Assembly (NCBI GenBank): GCA_039621445.1
Contig: CP154954.1
Location: forward strand, 25,618,954-25,682,953
Origin: Euglena gracilis
Taxonomy: Eukaryota
Length of the DNA stretch: 64,000 nt
Direction: 5' to 3'
Below, piece after piece: positions 24,732 through 34,772 of the stretch (its first letter is position 1; each line of letters opens with the position of its first letter). The translations under genes were made by a program, and so were the position numbers. The notes under the pieces are model-generated. The model was not told the DNA's origin. It worked only from the letters and a program-made list of their open reading frames with translations, and did not search any database.

Positions 24732-27700
24732 ATGGACGCCCAGGCGGTGTACGGCCGTGGCCCCGCTGACCTCTGGTCTGTGGGGCACGGGGGCTCCATC
24801 CCCAGGGCCGGCATTCAAACCATGCGGTGGAGCTCCATTCGGGTGGTCTAATCCAGTCTGGATGTAATGCAGGCTTTCTTTCAGGGAAGATCGCACCCCA
24901 AAGGGGGGGGGGTGCTGCGGGGGCGGGGGGCGTTATCGACCCCCCAGGATTGGAAGGCTTGTGTGACAGCATAATCCCCAGCGCCGAGGGTGCTGGCAAA
25001 GCTCACCATTCTTAATGGAAAATGGGCTTGGTCGACGGGCACCGGGACCCAAAACCGACCCTCTGGTGGGGGAGGGGGGTGCCTGTTATGGGCAGCACCC
25101 CATTGCACTCCCACCCCCATTTCCTCCCGCCTTTTTTTCCGCAGGTCAAAATTTGCCGTCCGCGCCAAAAGACGTTCCCGGCACAGCTCCATCGTGAGTG
25201 AGGTTAGGGTTAGACCCGACCCCCCACCACCACACCCAGCATCCCGCCGCCAACGCCCAACTGCTGCGTCGCAGCCAACTCCGGGGGGGGGGGGGGGTCC
25301 CCGGGGCCACGCGGGCAGCGCGGTGCAGCAAGCGGTCCACCACCACATCACCGCCCGGTCCGCATTGGCCCTCGCGGAGGAGGAGGAGGGGGAGGAGGAG
25401 GGGCGCCCACCGCCGGGGGGAGAGCAGGCGGGCGAGCCGCCCCCCGGGCAGACGGCGTCCCTCCCTCCCTCCCCTCCCAACGCCCATCGTTGCCGTCAGG
25501 TCCGATGGTGGCCCACGGCCGTAGCTGTCAACACCACAACGCTGCTGCGGGGGACGGGGCCGAGTACATGAAGCATACATCTCTCTAAGGTTTTGCGAAC
25601 CCCCCGGGGGGGGGGCGGCTGCAGCCAGCCCCGATTTGGGCCCAGCCCAGCCGCAGCAGCCCCCGGGGGGTGCTGCTAGCCCTAGCTAGCCAGCCCCAGG
25701 GGGGTGGAAAATATGCACCGTGCAGTTTTTGCAGTTTTTTGCAGTTTTCACGTTTTGGGCTTTTTGCAGTTTTTTGCAGTTTTTTGCAGATTTTTTTCTG
25801 AAAAAACTGCACACGTTCAGTTTTTTGCAGTTTTTTTATTTGATCCAGTTTTTGAGGAAACCTAAGATGTTTATTTTTTGGTGCTTGTTGTTTTGGTGAC
25901 AAGTCCACAATTACTCCCCAACCAAAATTGCTTCCTCTGCAACCTTTGCATTGTAGGAGGTTTGAACAATGTTGAAGGGTGTGAGGGCCTCTTGATGTTC
26001 TTTGCTTTAATTGTATATAGATTTTTTGTTTGGGCCGAATGCCCCCCAACCATGGTTTTTTCCTGCGCAAGATTTTCCCAGCAGGACAAATCCTGGCTCG
26101 AATGCCTAACTGCCACCGCTTGCCTGACCGCCTCCGACCATGGTTTTTTCCTGTGCTGCATCTGGTAACCAGATACAGCACATGGACGTTGCTGGTGGAC
26201 GGCTCCAACAAAGCTTCAGCCAATCGTTTTTTTTTTGTCGGAATCTTATTTGTCCAAAATTCTGAATTATCAAAAGAACGTGTGATTGCAAGTCGTCACG
26301 GACGGTGCCAGCGTCATGACCGGGCTACAGGCAATGTTGCGGAAGTTGTTCATCCGCGACCTGTTGTTGTTGACCGGGGTGGACGACTGCCACCAACTCC
26401 AGCGTGCCGTTGTTCACGCAACGCGACACGAGTGCGTTATGGATCAACGCAGTGTTGCGGGCCTGGCCAGCCAGCAACACTGCGTTGCGCCACTGCCATC
26501 CATATGGTTCGCGGCGTTGTGAAGATGTTCCGTAAATCGGACCTTCTAAGCATGCGGCTTGCATCGTTGTCCGATGACGCAACACGCTCCCTAAAAACCA
26601 TCATCACTTCCCAGGTTCTGCATCCACTCGCTGGTGCGAATATCTGCATTCTGCCTTCTTGGCTGTTTATACTAATTACGGTCCTTTGACAAAAAAACAC
26701 CTGGGCAGGCACTCATAGGCACTCCGGACCCCCCCCCCGGGGTTGGTAAAAAAATAGCCTGATCTGGTTCACCTGCACTTTTGTGGTGAAACGAAGAAAA
26801 GGGGAGAAAGAAAAAGAACGTTGCAAAAACTAACCCTAACCCGAAATTTTTGTTCTTCAAGGAATGGGGTTCGGGTTAGGGTTAGGGTTCGGGTTGGGGT
26901 TAGGGTCACAGTTGACAATTATTTTTCTTAAAAAAAACAAAAAGAGCAAAAAACATGTTTTTTTTGTTTCCAAAAAAATCAAGCCGTCAACCTTGGTTAG
27001 GGTTAGGGTTAGGGTTAGGTTCGACACTGCCGTTTGGGGGTCGTGGTTTTGGGGGTGGAGGTCGTACAGCGAACAAGTACCCAAAAAAAGGTGCGTTGGG
27101 CAGAACAAGAAGATAGTGATGAGTTGTAGAAATGCATTTTGAAAACAACCCTTTTTGGCATTTTTTTTTAAAAAATAAGCATATTTTTGTTGCTTTTTTT
27201 TAAAAAAACAAATGTTTTTTAAAAAATGCCAGCATGGTGCCCATAATGGTGTTCATCGATTTCAAAGCTGTGCAAAGAAAAGTTAGGTGAATTGGGGCGT
27301 GCTCATTGGTGGCAGTTTACATTATTTTGCATATGCACACCAGCTTGTTTACTGTCATTTTTTAGTTGAAGTGCAGTTTTTTGCAGTTTTTTGCAGTTTT
27401 TTGCAGTTTTTTGCAGTTTTTTGCAGTGCAGTTTTTGACCGCCCCGTGTGCAGTTTCTCCACCCCCCTGCTAGCCTCTTTTTGGGGGTCCAGCCCAAAAT
27501 TTTTCGGCGCTTTGCGCAGAAATTTTTCGAAAAACTGTGCTCAAAAGTGGCCAAAAATGGGGTTTGGGGGGCGTTTGGGCCATTTTTGGGGGGTTTCAGA
27601 TGCATCATTTTTTCAAAACTGTGTTCTGTAGGACATTTTTGGGCATTTTTCCGATTTCAGTCCAGCTCGCCCCGGTTCGGGTCCAGCCGGGGTCCAGCCC

Positions 27701-30526
27701 CCCCCCCCGGGGGGGGGGGGGGCGGGCTAGCCAGCCCAAATTTCTAGCCCTAGCCCAGCAACCCCCCCCGGGGTCCTTAAAGAGATGTATGACATGAAGG
27801 CAAAGAAGGTTTGCCAGTGGCTTTTTTGGTAAGACCTTATTTTTCATCAGTTTGCGGGGTCAGTCACAGGGGTTTCGCAACTCGGCAACGTTTTTTTTTC
27901 GGAGGGTCAAAGATGTGAAATTTGCACCGTTCCCCCGGTGCCACCACTGGAAAAATGTGAAAATCTGAAGTGTCGCCCAAGTTGCTTGGGGAAAAATACA
28001 AACGGAAAATCACATCATCAAAAACAAAATCAAAAACAAACAAATTCAAATTCAAAAATCAAAGACAAACAAAACAAGAACAAAAATAAAATTAGACACC
28101 CGGGAGGGGGGGCATTGGGAGACCCGACTGGCGGTACCGCCGCCGCTGCGGCCGACGGGGACGACGACGCCAGCTTCCCCCAGGCCCCGGTGGCGGGGTT
28201 GGGGCCGGCCGGTTTAGGCCAACCCTGGGCACCGCTGCGGCTGCCCTCTCCCCTTCGCATGAGGTGAAGGTGAAGGTGAAGGGTGGGTGTGATCTACAAA
28301 AAAAAACAGTCTCTGGCCAAGAATTCGACCTGCAGCGCGTGACGTTGAAGAGCTGGTAGCATGACCCCTGGTTCTGGGCGGTCCTTTGGTGGTTAGAGGT
28401 TTGTGTGCCCCCACCTCAAACGCTGCTCCCGATATAACTCCCCCCGGGTGTGTGGCCCCCCTCCTCCTTCCATTCAAACTTGGCGCCCCTAAAGTTGGCC
28501 TTCGGCCTTTTGCACATTGCCGCCAAAGTCATTAACATGCAAACTTGACCCCCCCCCCCTAAGGTTGGCCCCTGGCTTTACCTTCAATCGTGGCCCAAGC
28601 CAAGCGCCCGGGGGGAGGGGTGACAATCAGTTTTCCATTCTTTCCTCCAACTCTTCAGAAATGAAAGCAATTTCCAGCTCATGGTTTCTTGATTCTGCGC
28701 CTGTTTGTGAGTAAATTCAGTGTTGCCGTCCATGCCCCCAAACCAGAGATCAGGTCGAAAATCGAAGTCGTAAACGAGTTAATTGTTTTTTCTCCGAAAG
28801 TGCCTCCACATAGACACCTGTGGGATCCTGGTATTCATTCATTAAAGAAAGGGTGGGCAGAACTGCACAATCTTGCTTTTTTTCAGAGTGACTGTTACTT
28901 TTTGGCTCAAACCCCTCCCCCTCCCCCAGGAAGGGAGGTTGTCAAAAGCCACCAAAGCAAAAGGCGCTGAAAGCGCCAGAAAGAATTCATTCCGGACATT
29001 TTCTTCCCATTTGTGCTAATTTCCCTTGGATTCCAGAGGGACCGATCGGGGGGTCCCGACTGGTTTTTAGAAAAGAGCGACCGGTTTTCGGAAGGGTGGA
29101 AGTGCCCCCCCTTCCTCCTCCAAGCGCCTCCCCGCAGGACCACGACTGGGTATACAATCACTCAGTCATTGGCCGACCCCCGGGGGGGGGGGGGGGTGAC
29201 TGGTTTGAAGAGTGGAGTGACCCCCCGGGGGTAAAAAAAAATTTGTATGGACCCGGGGCCTGCCCCATCAGCCACCACATCCTGTCGGAGGACGACGAGA
29301 CGTGTTCGTCCCTGTCCCAGGCGAGCCACGCCCGGCCACGGATGCGGCGCAGCACGCTGCTGACGTTCCGCGTCCGAGCGACGCCGCTGACCCCCAAGCG
29401 GCAGAGCGGCCCAGCCGCCCAGCCATTCAGCTACCGGATCGCCACCGTGGGCTCTCCCAGCAATTTCCCCCCCCAACCCTTTCTCTCCCTATTTGAACCT
29501 CCCAAGCAGGGGTTTTTTTAGTCTTGGACCCCCTCCCCTGGAGGGAGGGGGGGGGGGGGCAGGGTGGGTGGGTCCCATGGACCCCCTCCCCCCCAGTGGG
29601 CTGGTGAGTATATCTTTTTCGGCGCCAAAGGCACCGAAAATTTTGAAAACGGTGCTATTTTTAGCAGTTTTGGCCGTTTTCGGGCAAAAGTAGGTGGGTC
29701 CCCCGGGACCCCCCCCCCCCCCTCCCCCCGAGGGGCCCCACCCCAGGGGGTGGGCGGGTGGGTGCCAACCCCCTCCCCCCCCCAGTCTTAAAAAAACCCC
29801 TGCTCCCAAGTACCAATGCCAACATATGAAACAGCCCATTTGATGCCGATTTATCGACCAAATAACCCGTGAATTTGCATCTTGAAAACTCTTGATTTTG
29901 GTGGATTGGGGTCCGGTTTTTGAATTACGTGTGGCACACCGACCCTCCGTTTGTTGAGTTTAACAATTGTATGGTGATGAACACCTGGATGGATGGTGCA
30001 TTGTTCTGGGGTTTTTGGCATGTCGCCGAGTTGTGAAACCCCCGGGATTACCCTCCCCGAAGTGAAAAAAATTGACAAAAATATAAAAAACCCCGGAACC
30101 CTCTTTCCTGCGTAACAACTACCAGCACCAGGTGGTTTTCTGGAGGTGGGGTGGCAGGTCCACCCCTTCGCTTGCTTTCTGAAGCCCTGCACCACTTAGG
30201 CGGCGTAGCTCGCGCTTATGTGTGTGATCTGTGGGAATCAGGTCCAGGTGGGCCCATCCGCCAGCGTGGCATACGTTCCCGAGCCCAAAGCGTCCTCAAT
30301 GCTGCACAGCACCCACCTCAAGAGGGGTAGCCTCGGTTTCCCTGCCATGGATCATGTCAATCCCCCCGACCAGCCTGATTTGTCCTGCACGCTGTTGCCC
30401 TCCCCCTTTCCGCCATTCAGGCTGCCCTCAGCCCTGTGGCACAAGAAGACCTGCCAGAGCCGGAGTATTATATCTGAACCACCGACCGGTCTTCGCCCCT
30501 GCCAGTTTTCAATCCCGTGCCATTAA
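24732..30526 (+). CDS. Five-exon gene, about 225-aa low-complexity hypothetical protein (MDAQAVYGRGPADLCAVQQAVHHHITARSALALAEEEEGEEEG...)
   Basis: Exons 24732-24775, 25319-25445, 28136-28177, 29267-29446, 30242-30526 total 678 nt in frame with GC3-rich codons. Introns 1 and 4 are GT-AG; introns 2 and 3 are nonconventional (cagacgg/ccgactg; caggccccgg/ccggggcctg). Confidence 0.7.
26170..26690 (+). pseudogene. Frameshifted hAT-family transposase fragment
   Basis: Ordered motifs across frameshifts: WTLLVDGSNK (26183), ERVIA/VVTDGASVMTG (26298), DDCHQLQRAV (CxxH-equivalent), STRWCEYLHSAFLAVYTNYGPL (26626). Recognised from knowledge of hAT motifs, not from a search. Confidence 0.8.
26831..27021. 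repeat. Short interstitial TTAGGG-like tracts
   Basis: taaccctaaccc at 26831; degenerate (TTAGGG)n at about 26867-26905 and 26994-27020. Confidence 0.8.
29507..29802. mobile_element. hAT-type MITE, family C
   Basis: Perfect TSD ctcccaag at 29499-29506 and 29803-29810. Confidence 0.93.
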
Positions 30527-32244
30527 GTGGCGTTTTGGCCACTTCTATCAATGTTTGCTGCAGGGCCCAATTGAATCTCCATTCCATCTCTCCGACCTTT
30601 CTTCCCCCTGGGATCGAAGTCCTGCCGAACCCCACACTGGACCACCGGGGCTGGACTCCGGGGTTGTTGGGGGGCTGGATTCCCATGCCCAGCCTGAGTT
30701 TCTGGTGGTCCTTGAAGGGAGTTATGGTGGTGGTGCGGCAGCAGCCACCATGGCAGCAGTGGGATGGATAGGGGCAGTGCCGTGGGGTTGCTTCTTCCAC
30801 ACGCTGCTTCTTCCAAACGCTGGGGCACAGTTGAGATGCTGCCAATAGACTCTCCCCAAGATTCAATTGTCTGCCGCACTGTACTGCCTCCCCCTCCCCA
30901 ATGCTTCAATGTACACCACACGCCACCTGTTGGGTGATTGCCTGGCTATGATTCTGTTGAGGGGGGGGGGATGATTGGCTGCGGGTTTGGGGTTTGGTGA
31001 CGCCAGGGCACCTCGCACTGGCCGGAGTATGCCACCCCAGAGTCAAAAGGGTTCTTGTCTTCAACACCTCTGTCGGCATTGCAACATGGTGTCAGGATTA
31101 TGATCACACCACCCAGGGCTTCCATGGTCCTTCTTGGTTTTTTTAAGATGTCTGTAGGACAAATTCTTTTCTGACGCTCTTGTGTGTTTTTGGGGTGGAC
31201 GTATGTGCATACGTGTTCTCTATCTGTACATTTATGCATTATGGCAAAAGTTGTCTGTGGTATTCCAGCCACCAGAGAAAATTTGGTGCATTGGACTGAT
31301 AGGTATGCCGTTGGGAAGTTGGGAAGCATTACTCAGCCGCATCCATTTGTTCGCCACCTTGGCAGTTTCTCTGAGGCGAAATCCATGAAATTTTTTTTCT
31401 CCAAAAAAAATTGGGCCCAGGACCTCCCCCAAGAGAAAAGTATGGTATGAAGATTTTTGATGTGTTTCAATGATATAAACATTTTATCACTGAGTGGTAT
31501 ATCATAAACCCCCCCAAAAAATAAGACCCGGATCTTATTTTTGGGTCCGTTGCTGGAAGCCTCCAGGGGGGGTCTTATTTTTGGGGGGGTCTTATTTTTG
31601 GATTTTTGCTTGGTCTCAGGGTGATTTGTTATCGCCACCATCTGCTGCCTCTGTGGTGGCAGTGGTCAGGCAGGCACGCTGGTTTCTCTCAATTGGTGGG
31701 AACAGCACCTCTGTTTCTAGCGGAAAAAAAATGCTTCACATGATTAGGAAATAGAAAGCCTCTAAGCAGACACCAACAGAGACGGATTGGGCATCGGAAC
31801 AGAGCAGTGTGCCCACTGTAATCTGCAACCAAGCATTTTTGTTTCAAGGCGCCTTTAAAAAAACAATTCAAAAGAATGCCTTAAAAATACCTTAAACACT
31901 TTTTTAAAAAAGAATTTTAAAACCCATTCTGGCATTTTTTTGCTCTCCAATTGTGCAAAATCAAAACCGCAACATCTGGACAAAAGAAAAACACGCCACT
32001 TGCAGGGGAAAAAATATTTCTGGCATCTCACATTTTAGATTTTGGACCCCTTTCGATGCCGGGATAGCCCTTGGACTGCCCTTTGAAAATATCACCTGAA
32101 AAACCTTAAGACGCCTTAAAACTATGCAAATTTCGCCTCAAAAAAAATGATGTTATCCATCACACCAGTGCAGGCGCCTCCGGGTCGACGCGTCTGACCT
32201 GGTCCGTCATCACCGCTGGCCCAGTGTCATTCCCCAGCTTTCGG

Positions 32245-33043
32245 TCAGCAATCCGGACGTGAGGCAGCCACAGCCTCCTCTCCCCGTCCCCTGGCCTCGG
32301 GGTCAGAGGCGCTCCTTTTCAAGGCCCAGGAGACCTTCAGTGGGTCTGCTGACCTCCGGGAACGGGTGCCGATGTTTTCCCACACCCCCGTGCCCCCGTC
32401 GCGGCGGTCGCGGAAATCCAGTGTGTGTTCCAGCCCCACGGAATGATGCGGAATTCCCCGGCAGACCACGCTTGCACAGCACAGGCTGGAGATGGAGGTC
32501 CCCAGCTTCCGAGGGTGGGGTCCGGCAGTGACCACCGGGGAGGGCGGGGAGGGGGGGGGAGGGAGAGAGGGGCCTGGCTGGGGCGGGGGCCCGCGGTCGC
32601 CCGAGCCGGCGGGGCATGGGTGTGGGCCCGGCGGGGTCCGCCGCGAGGTCCCTGGCACACCGTTGCCGACAGAGCCCCCTCCCCGGGCCGTCACTTGTGG
32701 TCAGTCACGTTTTCCAAACCAGTAATTGACTTCCTGCCCCCCACCCTGGGGGGGGGGGTTGGTTACTTTGGCTGGCAGAAATGGAGTTTGGCCAAAATCT
32801 CCTCAAAATTCCGGCCCCTTCGGCGCTTGGGTCAGCCGTTTCTGCCTTACCCCTGGGGGGAGGGGCTGGAGCCACAATCCAGTCACTGCGGAAAACCCAG
32901 TCACTCACCCCCCCCCCCCCGGGGCGGTCGGACACACCTCAAGCAATGGCGTGGCCCCCGCCGAGCAGCAGCAGCGCCAGGTAGCTGGCCAGCGTGCAGC
33001 AGGCGAAGCCGAGGGCCAGCGCCAGCAGCCGTGGCAGCGCCAT
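32245..33043 (-). CDS. Gene for a protein with an N-terminal signal/anchor (MALPRLLALALGFACCTLASYLALLLLGGDLAADPAGPTPMPRRLGRPRAPAP...); 3' end uncertain
   Basis: Exons 33043-32957, 32650-32580 and about 32320 onward, joined by stem-paired introns. One junction choice stops at 32245 (about 77 aa); another frame could run on to exon-like blocks near 31700, 31000 and 30800. Confidence 0.55.
32656..32953. mobile_element. Family F MITE forming essentially the whole first intron (32651-32956) of the 33043 gene
   Basis: TIR CACACCGTTGC / GCAATGGCGTG; decayed 8-bp TSD gtccctgg vs gcccccgc (5/8). Confidence 0.75.
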
Positions 33044-34772
33044 CGGCCCGGCGGCAGGAGCGGGGTGGGCGGGCGGTGGCGGTGGGGGGCGGGGCTGGCC
33101 ACAGGGCGGGCGGGGCGGCCTATGGGGCGGGGACCCCGTGGCGGCGTAGAGCACAGCCCGACAGTACCCCACCCACCCCACACCCCCACAACCCTAATTT
33201 GGTGTGTTTTGAAAACCCATTGCTGTCGTATGAATACCTCCTTGACACCCTGTTTTTAAAGTTTTTGAACTCGGCCTTCAGCTTTGTCCAGAGTGGGGGT
33301 TCCCCAGCCCCCCCCCCAACAAAAATGACGCCACCCTTCTCTCTGCAACGGGCGGAAGAGTGTTATTTTGTGTGCCGGTTTATGTTGCCTATTTTGTATT
33401 CCTGACTTTGCTGGTGCAGCGTCCGACGGTGATGGGTGACATTGGTTATGGCTGATACTCCTCAAGCCTGACTCCATCTCCATACATTCCCCCACAATTC
33501 CCACACTTCATTTTGGGAGCTCCACTTTATGCCATATGTTCCACATGGTACACAGATAGGAAAAGGTGGGTGATAGGACAAAATTGACCGACTCCCCCAT
33601 ACAGGGCTTTCTCCTCGGCCACTCTGGAATCCCATGAAGGGAAAATTGACTACAAACACAAAACAATTTTGCGCCTTCGGCACCAGGTCATTTCAGTATC
33701 CCGGTGCCAGTGGCTTTCTCAGTGTTGTTTCAGTGTTGTTGTTTTTTTGCTGACTGGGGGTCCGGTCAAAAAAAAAACAGACAGTCACTCCAGGGTGAGA
33801 GACAAGTCAGCGCCATTCTGGGGGGGGGGGGCAGAGCCGACACAGGCCCACCCTGATCGGTCGACCCATCAACCCCAGCCGCGGGGGCGGCTGGGGAGGA
33901 ACATGCCGATTGGGGTGCAGAGTGGCACTGGGGGATACAGCAGGTGCGGAGCGGCGTGCTGGTCAACGGTGTTCCAATGCGGCTCTGCCCCTGCACCCAT
34001 TTTATACATTTTGCTGGAAAATACGACGCTTGGATACCTCTTGAATTATCTCGAAGTGTGGAACCTTTGTCCATTTTGTTCTCTTCTGGACCTTTTGGAT
34101 TGTAAACACTTGTACTTACAATTACCTCTGTAGAATCTGTGGAATCTGTGGATACACGTGTACAGATTCCAAGCTGCACCTCTTGATCAGAGAACATTCA
34201 ACTTTTGTAACAATGAATCTTGGTTACCAAACCTGAATTCATGTGGTTGTTGAATGACACAGGTCTCTTGAGCGTTTGGGCTTATTTGGTGTTGTTTGTG
34301 CCCCTGCTTTTCGGGCTTTACGGGAAGACCTGGTGGAGGGGTCAACCACCAACCACCAACAGCACCACGCCTCCTTCGGCGCCAAATAAAAAAAGTAACC
34401 TAAAAAACGGCGCCCCTAGAAACACAGGAAAGCTTGCTGCCCCCCCCCCCCAGGATGGGGGTGGGGGTGGGGAAAGGGTGGGGGTCAACCTCCCAGCCAT
34501 CGCACACAGGGTTTCGGTGATTCCCATACAGCCCTGTGCCCCTGTGTGATAAGCTGTTGTTGAGATCGGGCCGTCCCCCGGAACCACCGCATCGCCGACA
34601 TCGAAGAGTCATCCGGATTGCACGTCGCCAACGAAAAGAACAACACAAACAAGATGAGCCGCGGGGCGACTGTGAGCGTGGTTGCTGTTCGGTGTTATGG
34701 GCGGGGGAGGGGGGAGGCCAGCAGGGTCGGCGGGCAGCGCGGAAGGCGGTGGCCGGACGCCCGGCCGGCACC

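Larger units (their letters stand above)
25697..27469 (+). mobile_element. Internally deleted hAT transposon (TIR CAGGGGGGTGGA, TTTTGCAG subterminal arrays)
   Basis: TIRs CAGGGGGGTGGAAAATATGCAC / GTGCAGTTTCTCCACCCCCCTG; degenerate TSD; contains a transposase remnant. Confidence 0.85.
25574..27791. mobile_element. hAT-type MITE (TIR CATACATCTCT(C/T)TAAGG, family E-related) carrying a 1.8-kb nested element
   Basis: Perfect TSD acatgaag at 25566-25573 and 27792-27799; lies in intron 2 of the 24732 gene. Confidence 0.9.

Noticed and set aside
26831-27021. True telomere or chromosome end
   Set aside because: Tracts are short, degenerate and internal to an intron.
29158-29476. Minus-strand ORFs over the GC-rich block at 29.3 kb
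   Set aside because: Codon bias and splice junctions support the plus-strand exon 29267-29446; these are its antisense shadow.
30468-31720. Possible downstream exons of the 33043 gene overlapping the stop of the plus-strand gene at 30526
   Set aside because: Some paired ends are visible, but frame depends on unresolved one-base junction choices and the simplest splice stops at 32245.
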